A DNA stretch of 64,000 nt from a virus. Position 1 is the first letter of the stretch; every line of letters begins with the position of its first letter. Under the pieces are notes generated by a model. That model saw only the letters and a program-made list of their open reading frames with translations, searched no databases and was not told where the DNA came from. Shown one piece after another: positions 9,188 to 19,980 of this stretch. The stretch lies in IMG/VR virus record IMGVR_UViG_3300044648_000427; one strand, 5' to 3'. Both the position numbers and the translations under genes were made by a program.

Positions 9188-12100
9188 ATGTCTAATCGTG
9201 GTGGCGGAGACGCTTCTTTAACGGCTCGTATTCAGATTCTAAACGAAGGTCTTGAAAATCTTCAAAAGACTATGCAACAATTACAGCAACTTAGAGTTGA
9301 ATTTCAAAATTCTGAAAATCAGATGAAGTCATTCGAGGCTGCCCGCAAAACCGTTGGAAGTGGTAATGATGCAATATCTGCATTTGCTGCAAGTGCAACA
9401 GGAGCAAAGAATTCCCTTAATGCATTAAATAGTACAATGACTCAAGCATCTGCTACGGTTAGGACATTTGGAAGAGATACTACTCAAGGAACTCAGGGAG
9501 CAAGTCAGTTTAAGAGTATGCTTGATCAAACTAGTACTTCTGCTAAGAACTTAAGTACAAATATGCAAACTTTAGGAACAGGTCTTACTTCTTCTATAGC
9601 ATCATATTCTGCTGCCGCTGTTTCCGTGTTCGGTCTATATAATGCTTACGATAATCTTGAAAAAGTTCAACAAAGAGCTGATCGTTCAGCATTAGCAGCT
9701 CAAACTGCACAGACAAGATTAGCATCTTTACAGGAAAATTATAATGAACAATTAGCTAAAGGAAATCTTACAGCAGAAGAAGTAGCAGTACAGCAACAAA
9801 AAATTGCAGATGCTCAAGAAAGGGTTAAAGTATCTTCTGAGCAAGCAGATATTGCAGCAGGCGATTTAAACGAATCTATGGCTGGACTTGCTTTACAGAC
9901 TTTGCCTTTTGTTGCTACTGCTGCAATAAATGTTATTCATATGATTACAACTATGCGTGGAGCATTTGCGGCTCATACCGCAGCCACGGGTGTACTTACT
10001 ACGGCTACTGTTGGATTACGTGGGGCACTTACAGGATTACTATTTCATCCTGCATTTTTGCCACTTGTTGCTATTGGAGCAGTTGTTACAGCATTTACTA
10101 CAAACTTATTTGGACTCCGTGATGCTATAAATGGAATAGGTGTAGCAATTGGAAATGCAATTCCGGGGCTGCGTCCACTTTTGGATTTAATGGGTGGTAT
10201 TAATTCACTTTTTGGTGAAACTAAAGATGAAGCTGCTAAAGCTACTTCTGATGTTTCAGGATCATTTGATGAAATGGAAACATCGGTAGGTTCAAGTATT
10301 GGAAAGGTTAATACAACTATAGATTCACTTAGGAGTAAATTAGGTGAAGGATTTCCATCAGCATTAACTAATGTCCAAAATATTATGGATACAATAACCA
10401 AGAATTTAGGATCTGTAACTCTTGGTATAAAACCTAAGATGGAAGAATCTGAAGTTACAAAAGTTAAGAGTGAAGCAGAAAAAATACTCGGAAAAGGTGT
10501 TGCATTAGAAATACATGCGGGAGCAACTATAGGTGGAACCATAGATCAAGTAAGGAATCTTGGTAAAGCTTTAGATGAAACATTTAATAAAACAGGTGCA
10601 AGTGGTCAAAATTTAATTAGTTTTGCGAAAGCAATGGGATTTTCCCAAGATGAAGCATCAAAACTTTTTGCAGCGGTTAACAATGTAGGAAATGCTATTG
10701 TTACATTTGATGGAAAAATAGGGGTAACTAAAGGACAAATAGCAGAATTATCCAAGGAAACAGGAGTTTCTGAAGACCGTATTACTAAACTTATGGAATC
10801 ACTTGGGGGATTCATAAAAGTTGAAGATACTGGACTTATACCTGTTCAAAATGCTTTTGTGGTAGCCAATGAAGCTACTAAAGATTTAGGAATTGGAATA
10901 GATGAATTAAAAGGTCAATTTGGTCAAGCAATTGGTTCATTCTTTGGTGTAGTAGATCCTCTTACTGAATTAGAAAATATTATGAAAATGGTTGAAGAGG
11001 CTATGAAAAATTCAGGAGCCACAGCAGAAGAGGTTGAACAAATAATGGCACATTTGAATGATGTAATAGCTACTAAAACTGCTGAATCTGGTGCAAAAGT
11101 TAATGAATTCTTCACAGTTCTTGGAGAGGTAAGGAGTAAAGGTGGAGATGTAGTATCTACTGCTGGAGAAATCGGTTTAGCATTTACTGATATTACTTCA
11201 AGACTTGATACTGCTAGACCAGCAGTACAAAATGCAATTTCAGTATTTGAAGATTTGGCTTCAAGCGGGCAATTTACCGCAGAAGAAATCGTTACAGCAA
11301 TGGAGAATATGAGAAATGGTGTTGCTACTAATCTTCAAGGATTAAATGCTGAACAACAATTAGCTATGACAATTTTGACTAACTTTTTCTATTTATTAGA
11401 AGGAGGAAGTGATGCAGAATTCTTTGATTTTCTTGCAACTAAAGGTATACCTGCTGTAAAAGGTTTGGCTGAAGAGGTTAAAGAAACCAGTATCAGTATA
11501 GATGAATTTAATAAACAGATGCAACAAGCAGCAAATGATCAAGATGCTGTAGGTGCTCAATTTAATAAAACTTGGAATGAAATAAAAGATGTTGTACAAA
11601 ATACTACAGACCCAACAAAAATTGAAGCATGGATCGAAAAACTTCAACAAATGGCAAATATTGAAGGAATTGATCCAAAAGTCAAAGCTTTGATTGAAGA
11701 ATTTATTCCCGTACTAACATTTTACAAGGATAACTTGGATGAAATAGGTAAATCGCAAGATGAGTTATCTAATATAACTCTTGCTCACGCACAAGCAGTA
11801 GGAGTAGATATGCAAACACTAGGGCCATTATTAGAACTTAAACGACAAGATATTGATCTTACAAATGAACAAATAATTGCAACCCAAAATAAAATAGCTA
11901 ATCAAGCAACATCTAATGCAATGTCTTTGAGTGAAGAAGAAGCTGAGATACGCAAGAATCAAGCATATTATCAGACAATAATGTCACTTACTGAAATGCA
12001 GGGAAAAGCACAGGAACAAATAGGAGTACAAGAAGCATTAGCTGCATCAGTACATGTACTAGAGGCTACATATGGTACGACATGGCCTGAAGGACTAGCT

Positions 12101-15100
12101 GTAACTGCTGAAAATATACAGATGGTTATATCTGCTGAAGAAGGTTTAATAAGTGCTCAAGAAGGTGTTGCTGCGGCACAAGTGGAAGCAGCAGGTGGGC
12201 TTACAGCTATGCAACAAGCAGAATTAGATCTTACTAATTCAATTGAAGAAAGTGCGAGAGCTTTAGGTGTAAGCCAAGCTGCGTTGATTAGATATAATAG
12301 TGCAAAGAATCAATTTGGTATTGCTACAAATCAAGCAAGAAATCAATTATTAGCAGAAGGTCAAGCTGCAAATATCGCTGGAAGAAATCTTCAAGGTATG
12401 GGATTTAGTATGCAACAAGCTAGAGCTGCAACATTAGGAGGTCAAGCACAGTTTAGAGCATTTGCAACAACTGTTCAAACTGATGCAGCTAGATCTAGAT
12501 CATACGCACATGCATTAGCTCAAGCTCTTATTCAATTGGGTATGTCTGCTGCCAAAGCTTTTGCGATGGTACGTCAATCAATCGCTGCCGGAGAACAAGC
12601 CTACAAATTCCTCAAAACAGGTATGGGTTCTATGCCTGATATGAATATGAAGAAGTTTGGCGGAGGCGGCGGCGGTGGTGGCGGTGGTGGAGGTGGCGGA
12701 GGCTCCAAACAGAAAATTACCAAAGAAGAAAAAGAAGATATGCGTGAACAAGCCATACAGGATGCAATTAAAGAAGAAGCCGCAGTAAATAGTTTGGTAA
12801 AATCCCTTATCGATGAAACTAGTGCAATACACAAATTAGGTTTGGAAACTGGCCTTAGTAGAAAGGAAATGGAACAATTTCAAAAGGCTACAGATGAATT
12901 TGGAATAGCTACCGAGAAGGCAAGAATTGAAATGCTTCTACTTATAGAAGCTCAATCAAAACAGCTTAAATTCCTTACTGATAGTACTGCAATTTATAAA
13001 GATTATATAAGGGCTAATATTGAAGGTATTACTAAGGCTAATGATTTTACTAGAGAAGTTAGATCTAATGTAAGATCGCTTGAAGCACAACGAGAACAAC
13101 TTTTCCAGATTACAAGAGCTTTAGGTATTACTCTTCCTTCCGCTTTACGTCCAACTGTAAAGAATCTTCAAGATTTAATTGCTGCATCTTATGGTAGTGA
13201 AGAAGCTATGGAAGCTTTACGTAAGAGTGCGTTGAGTGCAACAGACTTTTATCGTAAAACAATTGCTGATGCAAAGAAAGCAATTACTGACGCAAAGTTT
13301 GAAGAATTCGTAAAGAAGGAATTATTGTTTGAAAATCTTGGAGATGAATTTTTCAGGAATGTAAGTAGAGAACTTCAAGCTGAAATGAAATTAGATTCAA
13401 TTTCTGATCAGCTTCAGAAACAGCTTGGATTAATTCAATTAAATCCAAAAATGTTTGAAATGAATGTCAGTGAAGCGGAATTGCGTGGTGGTGTACAAAA
13501 CACTATTACTATGATTGAGGAAACAATTAGAGGTAGTGAAAGATTGACCGCTGCGTGGCAGCCGATATTAGATGGATTATATTCTGTACTTAATGCTCCT
13601 GATGCTCATGATGCTATACAGGGTTTTGCACAACAATTCCCTGATATAATGGAACCCGCTTTGCTGGGCGTAGAAGAAGCTATGAAAGGTGTAGATACAC
13701 AAATAGATGCTACATTTGATGATACTGCTAAAGAGAATGCTGCTGCTTATACAGAAACTGTAGAAAATCTTAAAGATAAAACTGAAGAGTTATATGAAGA
13801 ATTACTTAAGGAAGCTAAAGCTGCAAATGAGGCCAGTAATTCCATGGGTGGCGGTGGAGGAGGAGGCGGCCTCGGTGGAGCGATGGGTGAAGCTATGGAT
13901 GCAACTAATGATCTTACAATGGCAATGGGGCAAGTTGAACCAACTCTTTCTCAAATTACTGCTGCAACAGAAGTAGCAGCAGGAATTATACCCGGTGAGT
14001 TTCAAGCCTTACCTCCTGCTATAAGACCTACATGGGAAACAATGCAACGTGACGCAGTAGCAACAATGATTCAGATGGGCACCTCCTTTGATCAACTTCC
14101 TCCAAGTCTTCAACAGGCTGTAGCTAAAATGCCTCCAGAAATGAGAGCAGCACTTGGTATTATGGAAAATGAAGCAGGAGCAACTACGGCAACAATAGCT
14201 GATGACTTTACAATACTTCCTCCAGCGGCAGGAGATGCAGGAACGGGGATGGTAGACGAGTTTGGTAATGCTATACCCGGTATATCAGATGCTACTAAAA
14301 CTGCTACAGATGATTCTATTACACAATTAGCTACACTTGCTCCAGAAGGAACTACAACTGGTAAAGATACTGCTACTAACTTAGATACTGCACTTCAACA
14401 AGCTAAAGAATATGTTAGTGCTATAGTTGTAGAAATGGGAACAAGATTTTATAAGCTTGCTGAATTTGTTCAAAACACGTTTAATCCCAATTTTGCTACA
14501 ATTGTAGATCAGGGGTTTGCTCAATTACCGCCACTTGTAGAAGTTCATGTAACTCAAATGCAGACTAATTATGATGTTCTTCAAACTTCTATGCCTGCTT
14601 CTACACAAACAACTGTAGATTCAGTAAACCTTGTACTTGATCAACTTCCCATTCATATGACAGGAGTAGTGAATATTATGCAAGTTAATTATACTACTGG
14701 AATGCAAAAAATACAAATGCAAACTCAAACTACAATTAATGATATAACTACTCGTCTTGGTACTCTTGGCCCAGTAACTACAGGTATAGTAAATGAAATG
14801 GTTAAACAATTTACAACTGGAATGGCCAAATTCCCTCCTGCTGCACAACAAGCGGTTAATGCAGTAACTAATTCATTGGGAACATTAGTTCAAGTTACGG
14901 CTAATATTACTGCTAGAATGGCTCAATCATTTGCTCAACTTGCTTCTCAAGCAGCTCAACATATGGCTAGTCTACAAAAAGCGGCAGAAAAGAATTGGGA
15001 TGCAATGGCAAAAGCGTCTGAAAAGGCAGCTCAAAGGGCAACCAAAGCAGTAAAAAGTATTCCAACATATCACCTCACTATACATGAAATCCGTACGGTT

Positions 15101-15487
15101 CGTACTGGTGGTGGTAGTTTTGCAGAGGGAGGTGTTCAAATTGTTGATCATCCTTCTCACTTTACAGTTGGTGAAGGTGGTAGACCTGAGATCGTAAGTG
15201 TGATTCCACTTAAATCAGATATATTTGATAATAATGGTAAGGCGGATATGAGTCTTGATCTTAGTGGAACTGCTGATAGGATTTCCGAGACTCTGAAAAT
15301 GCCCGGCCCTGAAGTTATGAATAATCCTTCTGCTGCTGTATCATTTAAATCTGCTGATATTGGCGGTGGAGGAGGAGGTTCAAGAACAATTAATCTTAAT
15401 ATTAACCAACCAATTATTATGAATGACAGAGAGATTGGACGTAACATCGTTAACCAAACTTTCACTGATATGGATGGACAAACCTAA
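9188..15487 (+). CDS. Tape measure protein
   Basis: 2099 aa, Ala/Gln-rich helical, hydrophobic segments near aa 230-340, C-terminal FAEGG...GEGGRPE...IPL motif. Confidence 0.92.
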   Translation: MSNRGGGDASLTARIQILNEGLENLQKTMQQLQQLRVEFQNSENQMKSFEAARKTVGSGNDAISAFAASATGAKNSLNALNSTMTQASATVRTFGRDTTQGTQGASQFKSMLDQTSTSAKNLSTNMQTLGTGLTSSIASYSAAAVSVFGLYNAYDNLEKVQQRADRSALAAQTAQTRLASLQENYNEQLAKGNLTAEEVAVQQQKIADAQERVKVSSEQADIAAGDLNESMAGLALQTLPFVATAAINVIHMITTMRGAFAAHTAATGVLTTATVGLRGALTGLLFHPAFLPLVAIGAVVTAFTTNLFGLRDAINGIGVAIGNAIPGLRPLLDLMGGINSLFGETKDEAAKATSDVSGSFDEMETSVGSSIGKVNTTIDSLRSKLGEGFPSALTNVQNIMDTITKNLGSVTLGIKPKMEESEVTKVKSEAEKILGKGVALEIHAGATIGGTIDQVRNLGKALDETFNKTGASGQNLISFAKAMGFSQDEASKLFAAVNNVGNAIVTFDGKIGVTKGQIAELSKETGVSEDRITKLMESLGGFIKVEDTGLIPVQNAFVVANEATKDLGIGIDELKGQFGQAIGSFFGVVDPLTELENIMKMVEEAMKNSGATAEEVEQIMAHLNDVIATKTAESGAKVNEFFTVLGEVRSKGGDVVSTAGEIGLAFTDITSRLDTARPAVQNAISVFEDLASSGQFTAEEIVTAMENMRNGVATNLQGLNAEQQLAMTILTNFFYLLEGGSDAEFFDFLATKGIPAVKGLAEEVKETSISIDEFNKQMQQAANDQDAVGAQFNKTWNEIKDVVQNTTDPTKIEAWIEKLQQMANIEGIDPKVKALIEEFIPVLTFYKDNLDEIGKSQDELSNITLAHAQAVGVDMQTLGPLLELKRQDIDLTNEQIIATQNKIANQATSNAMSLSEEEAEIRKNQAYYQTIMSLTEMQGKAQEQIGVQEALAASVHVLEATYGTTWPEGLAVTAENIQMVISAEEGLISAQEGVAAAQVEAAGGLTAMQQAELDLTNSIEESARALGVSQAALIRYNSAKNQFGIATNQARNQLLAEGQAANIAGRNLQGMGFSMQQARAATLGGQAQFRAFATTVQTDAARSRSYAHALAQALIQLGMSAAKAFAMVRQSIAAGEQAYKFLKTGMGSMPDMNMKKFGGGGGGGGGGGGGGGSKQKITKEEKEDMREQAIQDAIKEEAAVNSLVKSLIDETSAIHKLGLETGLSRKEMEQFQKATDEFGIATEKARIEMLLLIEAQSKQLKFLTDSTAIYKDYIRANIEGITKANDFTREVRSNVRSLEAQREQLFQITRALGITLPSALRPTVKNLQDLIAASYGSEEAMEALRKSALSATDFYRKTIADAKKAITDAKFEEFVKKELLFENLGDEFFRNVSRELQAEMKLDSISDQLQKQLGLIQLNPKMFEMNVSEAELRGGVQNTITMIEETIRGSERLTAAWQPILDGLYSVLNAPDAHDAIQGFAQQFPDIMEPALLGVEEAMKGVDTQIDATFDDTAKENAAAYTETVENLKDKTEELYEELLKEAKAANEASNSMGGGGGGGGLGGAMGEAMDATNDLTMAMGQVEPTLSQITAATEVAAGIIPGEFQALPPAIRPTWETMQRDAVATMIQMGTSFDQLPPSLQQAVAKMPPEMRAALGIMENEAGATTATIADDFTILPPAAGDAGTGMVDEFGNAIPGISDATKTATDDSITQLATLAPEGTTTGKDTATNLDTALQQAKEYVSAIVVEMGTRFYKLAEFVQNTFNPNFATIVDQGFAQLPPLVEVHVTQMQTNYDVLQTSMPASTQTTVDSVNLVLDQLPIHMTGVVNIMQVNYTTGMQKIQMQTQTTINDITTRLGTLGPVTTGIVNEMVKQFTTGMAKFPPAAQQAVNAVTNSLGTLVQVTANITARMAQSFAQLASQAAQHMASLQKAAEKNWDAMAKASEKAAQRATKAVKSIPTYHLTIHEIRTVRTGGGSFAEGGVQIVDHPSHFTVGEGGRPEIVSVIPLKSDIFDNNGKADMSLDLSGTADRISETLKMPGPEVMNNPSAAVSFKSADIGGGGGGSRTINLNINQPIIMNDREIGRNIVNQTFTDMDGQT

Positions 15488-15527
15488 CCTTTTACTTCTC
15501 TTTTGTTGAGTATATGTTTTTTCCTTT

Positions 15528-17285
15528 GTGGTTATTCTTACTACTAGTGACGATCAATATATTGAACCTTTAAGAGTTAAAGTAGTATTCAACGATCGAA
15601 AAGATACAATCACATATTATACTTTTGATTCGTTTGTTTATCCCAATACCATTAACATTATGTATGTTGATGTGAGTTTGGGAATTGGTCAAACTGGAAC
15701 TTTCAAAATTGAGATTGAAGATTCAGCAAAGGCTATTGATTATCACGCCTTACTTGCAATGAAAATTTATATTTATGCTGGTAAAACTCAACAATCTTAT
15801 ACACCTTTAATTGTTGGAGTAATTCGTTCTGTTGAACAAAGTAGAGACGATACAGGTCTTCAAACTTATATTTTAAGTGGATATGGATTAGCAATCGTAT
15901 TTAATGAAACAGTTGTAAACTGGAGAAAAAGTGCCTTTAGACAAAGCCTTGATTCACTCAATCCTTCATTACAGGATATTTCTCACGAAGCTAATAATCT
16001 TGTCCGTCATCTTGTTACCAGTAGAGATGTATTCCCATTGCAGAACAGCGAATCAATTATTGAAAGATATAATCTGAGTGCTGATGCGATTGATATTAGG
16101 GTAAAAGATTTTCTTTCTACAATTAATGAACAGAATGTTGAATCTTCTCATACAATGAATTTGTTGAGTAATGCCGTAGGTGGAATGTGGGGAGTGGATA
16201 GATTTGGTAGAGTGTTTTATAAATATGCTCAGTTTGAATATTCACCAATTGTAGTTAAAGATACTGTTGAGTCAACTGATCTTGCGGATCGTACGTCATA
16301 TTTTGCTGGGGCATGGAAAAGACTTATAAGTATCAAGAAAGAGGATGGATTTAGTAATAGGCTTTTCGCTAAAACTTCTTCACAGACAATTGAAACTTTT
16401 ATTGAATTAAATTCTCAAGGTTCTACGCCATTACTTGATAAGGCTGCTGCCCAAATGTGGGTTCCTAGTGCTAGCAAATTTACTAACATGGGATTTTTGC
16501 TCCGTAAAGTAGGTGATCCTAAATCAACTCCAAGAAACATCGTTCAGGGAAGGATTGTTCATGATAACGGAGGCTATCCAACTGGATCGGAGGTTATAAG
16601 TTTTACTATTCCAATTGAAGATATAAAGAGAACACCAACTCCAATTTATCAATTTGATATTAATTTTGCGGGGGTCGATGTTACCGTAGGGCAAAAATAT
16701 TGGGTAATACTCTTCCGTAGAGGAAGCAATAACAAAAATTACGTTGAATGGTTACACAATAATGACTTTAGTACTAATACAGAAGCAATAAATAGAGTTA
16801 GTGCAGTATCAGATCCCAACGGAGATTATTCTTCATGGCCGGGTCTGAGGTGGAATTTACATAATTCCGGCCCCGTATATGCTTTTGCTACTTTTGATTC
16901 TCTTTCTCACTTGGTCTATGCGGAAGATCCTGTAAGCGTTGATAGGTATGGGCCGATTGAAAGCTTTATTGATGTTAGAGGTTTAGATGATAACAGAACG
17001 ATTGACAAATATTTACACACTTATTTACAATTTTCAGCACGTCCTATCATCTTTTACACTATTAATCGTGTTACAATTCCTGATAGTCTATTTATGCCGG
17101 GGCAACTTATCACCATCGTAGATAATTTAGGCGGTATGGAAAGATCAAAAAATATCAGTGCAGAAATTCAAGAAGTTAGATATGAATTTAATGTTGCTGA
17201 AGATGGACTTGGAACAAGGTACTGTGAAATCAGACCATTAGGATATTATGATCACCTGTTTGATTTGGAGGGTGTTTGTAGTTGA
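15528..17285 (+). CDS. Baseplate hub/tail tip protein
   Basis: Immediately after the tape measure gene; GTFKIEIED, WGVDRFGRVFY and PGQLITI motifs typical of hub proteins. Confidence 0.7.
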   Translation: MVILTTSDDQYIEPLRVKVVFNDRKDTITYYTFDSFVYPNTINIMYVDVSLGIGQTGTFKIEIEDSAKAIDYHALLAMKIYIYAGKTQQSYTPLIVGVIRSVEQSRDDTGLQTYILSGYGLAIVFNETVVNWRKSAFRQSLDSLNPSLQDISHEANNLVRHLVTSRDVFPLQNSESIIERYNLSADAIDIRVKDFLSTINEQNVESSHTMNLLSNAVGGMWGVDRFGRVFYKYAQFEYSPIVVKDTVESTDLADRTSYFAGAWKRLISIKKEDGFSNRLFAKTSSQTIETFIELNSQGSTPLLDKAAAQMWVPSASKFTNMGFLLRKVGDPKSTPRNIVQGRIVHDNGGYPTGSEVISFTIPIEDIKRTPTPIYQFDINFAGVDVTVGQKYWVILFRRGSNNKNYVEWLHNNDFSTNTEAINRVSAVSDPNGDYSSWPGLRWNLHNSGPVYAFATFDSLSHLVYAEDPVSVDRYGPIESFIDVRGLDDNRTIDKYLHTYLQFSARPIIFYTINRVTIPDSLFMPGQLITIVDNLGGMERSKNISAEIQEVRYEFNVAEDGLGTRYCEIRPLGYYDHLFDLEGVCS

Positions 17286-17998
17286 AAGTACATAGTTCAG
17301 GTGGAATTAACCATTTCGATGTTGGGTATGAAGCGTTATGGGATAAAAGTGATTATAATAAAATTTCTAAACATTTTAATGAAATTAATCAATTAACAAA
17401 AGAAATTAAAAATTTAACTATTAATAAATTTATATATCCCAAAGAACATATGATTAATTTTCAGATAGAAGATGAGATTAATTTTATTAAGCAAAAAAAA
17501 TCAAGTTTAGTAAATATTTTTGAGGATCAACTTGAAAGAAGTTATAATGATCAAACTACTGTAATTGAACCACATGAAATAAATAAATATATAATTCCAT
17601 TGAAAGTTAATAAACAAATTGATAGAGTTGTAGCTAGTGGTATGGCAAGACTAGCAGAGTTTTCAGTTGGTGAAAGTACCCAATTCTTTAATCATTATTC
17701 AGCGGGAACAGGAACGACTCCAGTTTATGCATCTGATACTGCACTTGTAGAAGAACTTGTAAGAGTTTCTATCGAACAGCAGGGTTACGCAACAGCGTCA
17801 GGAGCGGTAATAAAATTTGGGGCGTACTTTCCCCCCGGTGTGCAAACAGCGACGATTACAGAAGCTGGAGTATTTGATCAGATGGTCGCAGGAGTTATGT
17901 TATTTAGGGTCGTTTACCCACTAGAAAAATCTCTGAACCATGTGCAATCTATAACTTTTTTTACATTATCACATGCAATATATATGTCTTCAATCTAG
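17282..17998 (+). CDS. Tail-associated structural protein (related to 3041..3514)
   Basis: VVASG...GTGTT....SDTAL..E..R...ITEAGVF motif. Confidence 0.65.
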   Translation: MKVHSSGGINHFDVGYEALWDKSDYNKISKHFNEINQLTKEIKNLTINKFIYPKEHMINFQIEDEINFIKQKKSSLVNIFEDQLERSYNDQTTVIEPHEINKYIIPLKVNKQIDRVVASGMARLAEFSVGESTQFFNHYSAGTGTTPVYASDTALVEELVRVSIEQQGYATASGAVIKFGAYFPPGVQTATITEAGVFDQMVAGVMLFRVVYPLEKSLNHVQSITFFTLSHAIYMSSI

Positions 17999-18005
17999 AC
18001 ATATA

Positions 18006-18839
18006 TTATATTCCTCTTTTATTTAAATTTTTAATATATGTACAAATATTATTATCTTGTTTATTTATATATTGTAACATCATTTCACCTTGGATTTTCT
18101 TGGTTACTAAATATGGAATAAAATGTGGAAGTAATGTAACAATATTATCAATTTTTCTTGTTTTTAGATCGTAAATTGGATTCCAATTATTATTAGATTT
18201 GTTGATTTTTACAATAGATAGAGTTGCTAAAGGTTTTAATAATTCCCTAATTGATTTTACTAAATATGAATTTGTATTGACTAAGAATGATAAAATTGGG
18301 GTATAAGTATTTCTTCTTCGATCAAACCCAAAACATATACTTCCTTCAGAATCTATAATACCCGAAATAAAACTTTTTTGTGTTTCAGTTAAGTTTTTTA
18401 TTTTTATTATATCATTAATATCTAAATAATTATCTTTATTTTTTAATATATTTATACTCTTTCCATTCATTTTTTTACATTCTTGATGATTTTTTTCACA
18501 CTCTATTCCCTTGCACACATTTATAAGATTTTCAATTCTTGATTTTTTTGATATTAAATATGGATTAATAATTTCTGATAATCTAATTAAATCATTTATA
18601 TTATATATCTCTATACTATGTCTGGGTTTATGAAGTGAAGATCTAGATCGTTTAGATACATTATAAGTATATTTATAGTTATCCTTATTAAGAATATTAA
18701 TAATATAATTTATAGTTTTTTCAGATGTATTAATAATTGATATACACTTTCTATACCATATTCCTTTATCTCGTCCAATATAAATTGATCCATCTCCCTC
18801 AATAAACCCAGCTAAATACGCAGCTTCAGTATCTTTCAA
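18006..18839 (-). CDS. LAGLIDADG homing endonuclease (two-motif)
   Basis: YLAGFIEGDGSI and FISGIIDSEGSI motifs; very AT-rich; convergent with the tail gene. Confidence 0.92.
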   Translation of the reverse strand: MKDTEAAYLAGFIEGDGSIYIGRDKGIWYRKCISIINTSEKTINYIINILNKDNYKYTYNVSKRSRSSLHKPRHSIEIYNINDLIRLSEIINPYLISKKSRIENLINVCKGIECEKNHQECKKMNGKSINILKNKDNYLDINDIIKIKNLTETQKSFISGIIDSEGSICFGFDRRRNTYTPILSFLVNTNSYLVKSIRELLKPLATLSIVKINKSNNNWNPIYDLKTRKIDNIVTLLPHFIPYLVTKKIQGEMMLQYINKQDNNICTYIKNLNKRGI

Positions 18840-18888
18840 TTACTCTTTTTTAACAACATTTATATTTAAGCATTCCTATAATTTCTTT

Positions 18889-18996
18889 ATGAGATCCTTT
18901 CCCGAATTTTGCCCTTTATGTAAGAACAAGTTTTGGCAATATAATCATGGTAAAGGATATTATACTTGTTCAAGATGTCCTTATACAGTTGAGTAA
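18889..18996 (+). CDS. 35-aa Zn-ribbon micro-protein
   Basis: MRSFPEFCPLCKNKFWQYNHGKGYYTCSRCPYTVE; upstream TTTATA. Confidence 0.55.
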   Translation: MRSFPEFCPLCKNKFWQYNHGKGYYTCSRCPYTVE

Positions 18997-19030
18997 AAAC
19001 CTTTATATTTAGCTATACCTATTATTCCTT

Positions 19031-19198
19031 ATGGATAAAATTGACCAATATGTGAATGACTTACTTGAAGCATTATATGTTGATCCTCACAATAAGGATT
19101 ATAAGATAACAGTAAATGCTGTATATTTAGCCGGTGAATTAATGGATAAAGGTTATTGTAGAATATCTGATGAAAATAAAAAAAGATTAGGTTGGTAA
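19031..19198 (+). CDS. 55-aa hypothetical protein
   Basis: Translated by hand; upstream AAAAACCTTTATA promoter. Confidence 0.5.
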   Translation: MDKIDQYVNDLLEALYVDPHNKDYKITVNAVYLAGELMDKGYCRISDENKKRLGW

Positions 19199-19238
19199 AT
19201 AAGAAAGACTTATATTATACAACTCTTATTTATATTTT

Positions 19239-19643
19239 ATGGTTACTGCTGAAGAACTAGTAAGATTCCACGAACAAGTTTGTAACAAGGCAAGAAGTCT
19301 TGTGACACCAAAAGGCAAGGATTATAGTTTAAATCACGAAAAAGATACATTAGCTAATCTTCGTATTCCCGCTAAACGTGGACGTACAAAAAATGATATT
19401 GAAACTATGAAAGTAATATTGGATCTTAAGGATGGAAGATTAGATTCTCTAACGGCAGATTTAAATAAGCCTATTAACTATGAAACAGTTGATGAAACGG
19501 TTTATGATAAAATTAATTATTTAATTTATTTACTTTATTTTTATCATGAACTAAAGTCAAAACGAACTTCTGCTCCAAGCATTCAAGCTATCGAAGCAGG
19601 AAGAATACAGTTTGGGGAATCAGGAATAGAAGAGGATCTTTAA
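19239..19643 (+). CDS. MazG-like/nucleotide-modification-associated (DUF1599-type) protein
   Basis: KGKDY...ANL...K..RL...E.V.ET..D.INY pattern. Confidence 0.55.
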   Translation: MVTAEELVRFHEQVCNKARSLVTPKGKDYSLNHEKDTLANLRIPAKRGRTKNDIETMKVILDLKDGRLDSLTADLNKPINYETVDETVYDKINYLIYLLYFYHELKSKRTSAPSIQAIEAGRIQFGESGIEEDL

Positions 19644-19810
19644 TCCACGAACTCAAATTTTATTCCACTATCATAGAGTAATTCTACAATAGATTCATCT
19701 CCTTCAATTATCATTCCATCGAGCTTTATAGGCTTAGAATTTTTATTAGCATAAACTAGAAGGTGTTTAGCTTTAGCGAGGTTTTCATAATCTAAGAATC
19801 TAATTTTCAT
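19640..19810 (-). CDS. 56-aa hypothetical protein
   Basis: Translated by hand (MKIRFLDYENLAKAK...); fills the intergenic gap. Confidence 0.45.
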   Translation of the reverse strand: MKIRFLDYENLAKAKHLLVYANKNSKPIKLDGMIIEGDESIVELLYDSGIKFEFVD

Positions 19811-19848
19811 TAGTTGATTTATTTAAACACTAATTTATAAACGTTGTT

Positions 19849-19980
19849 ATGAGTTTTAAATATTTTCGCCCTGCTATACGAGGTCATGGCCCAAATTGTA
19901 AATGCAGTTTAGATTTTGGTGGGTGCGTTATAAAGAAACTTATTGAAAAACTAGAAAGGTTTGAGGAGCAAAATAAATGA
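19849..19980 (+). CDS. 43-aa micro-protein resembling the N-terminus of the downstream fibre
   Basis: TAGTT at -38; ATGA overlap with 19977. Confidence 0.55.
   Translation: MSFKYFRPAIRGHGPNCKCSLDFGGCVIKKLIEKLERFEEQNK

Noticed and set aside
10045-15465. Many antisense or alternative-frame ORFs inside the tape measure gene (and likewise inside the adhesin, helicase and nrdJ genes)
   Set aside because: Fully nested in long genes, with no promoters or motifs
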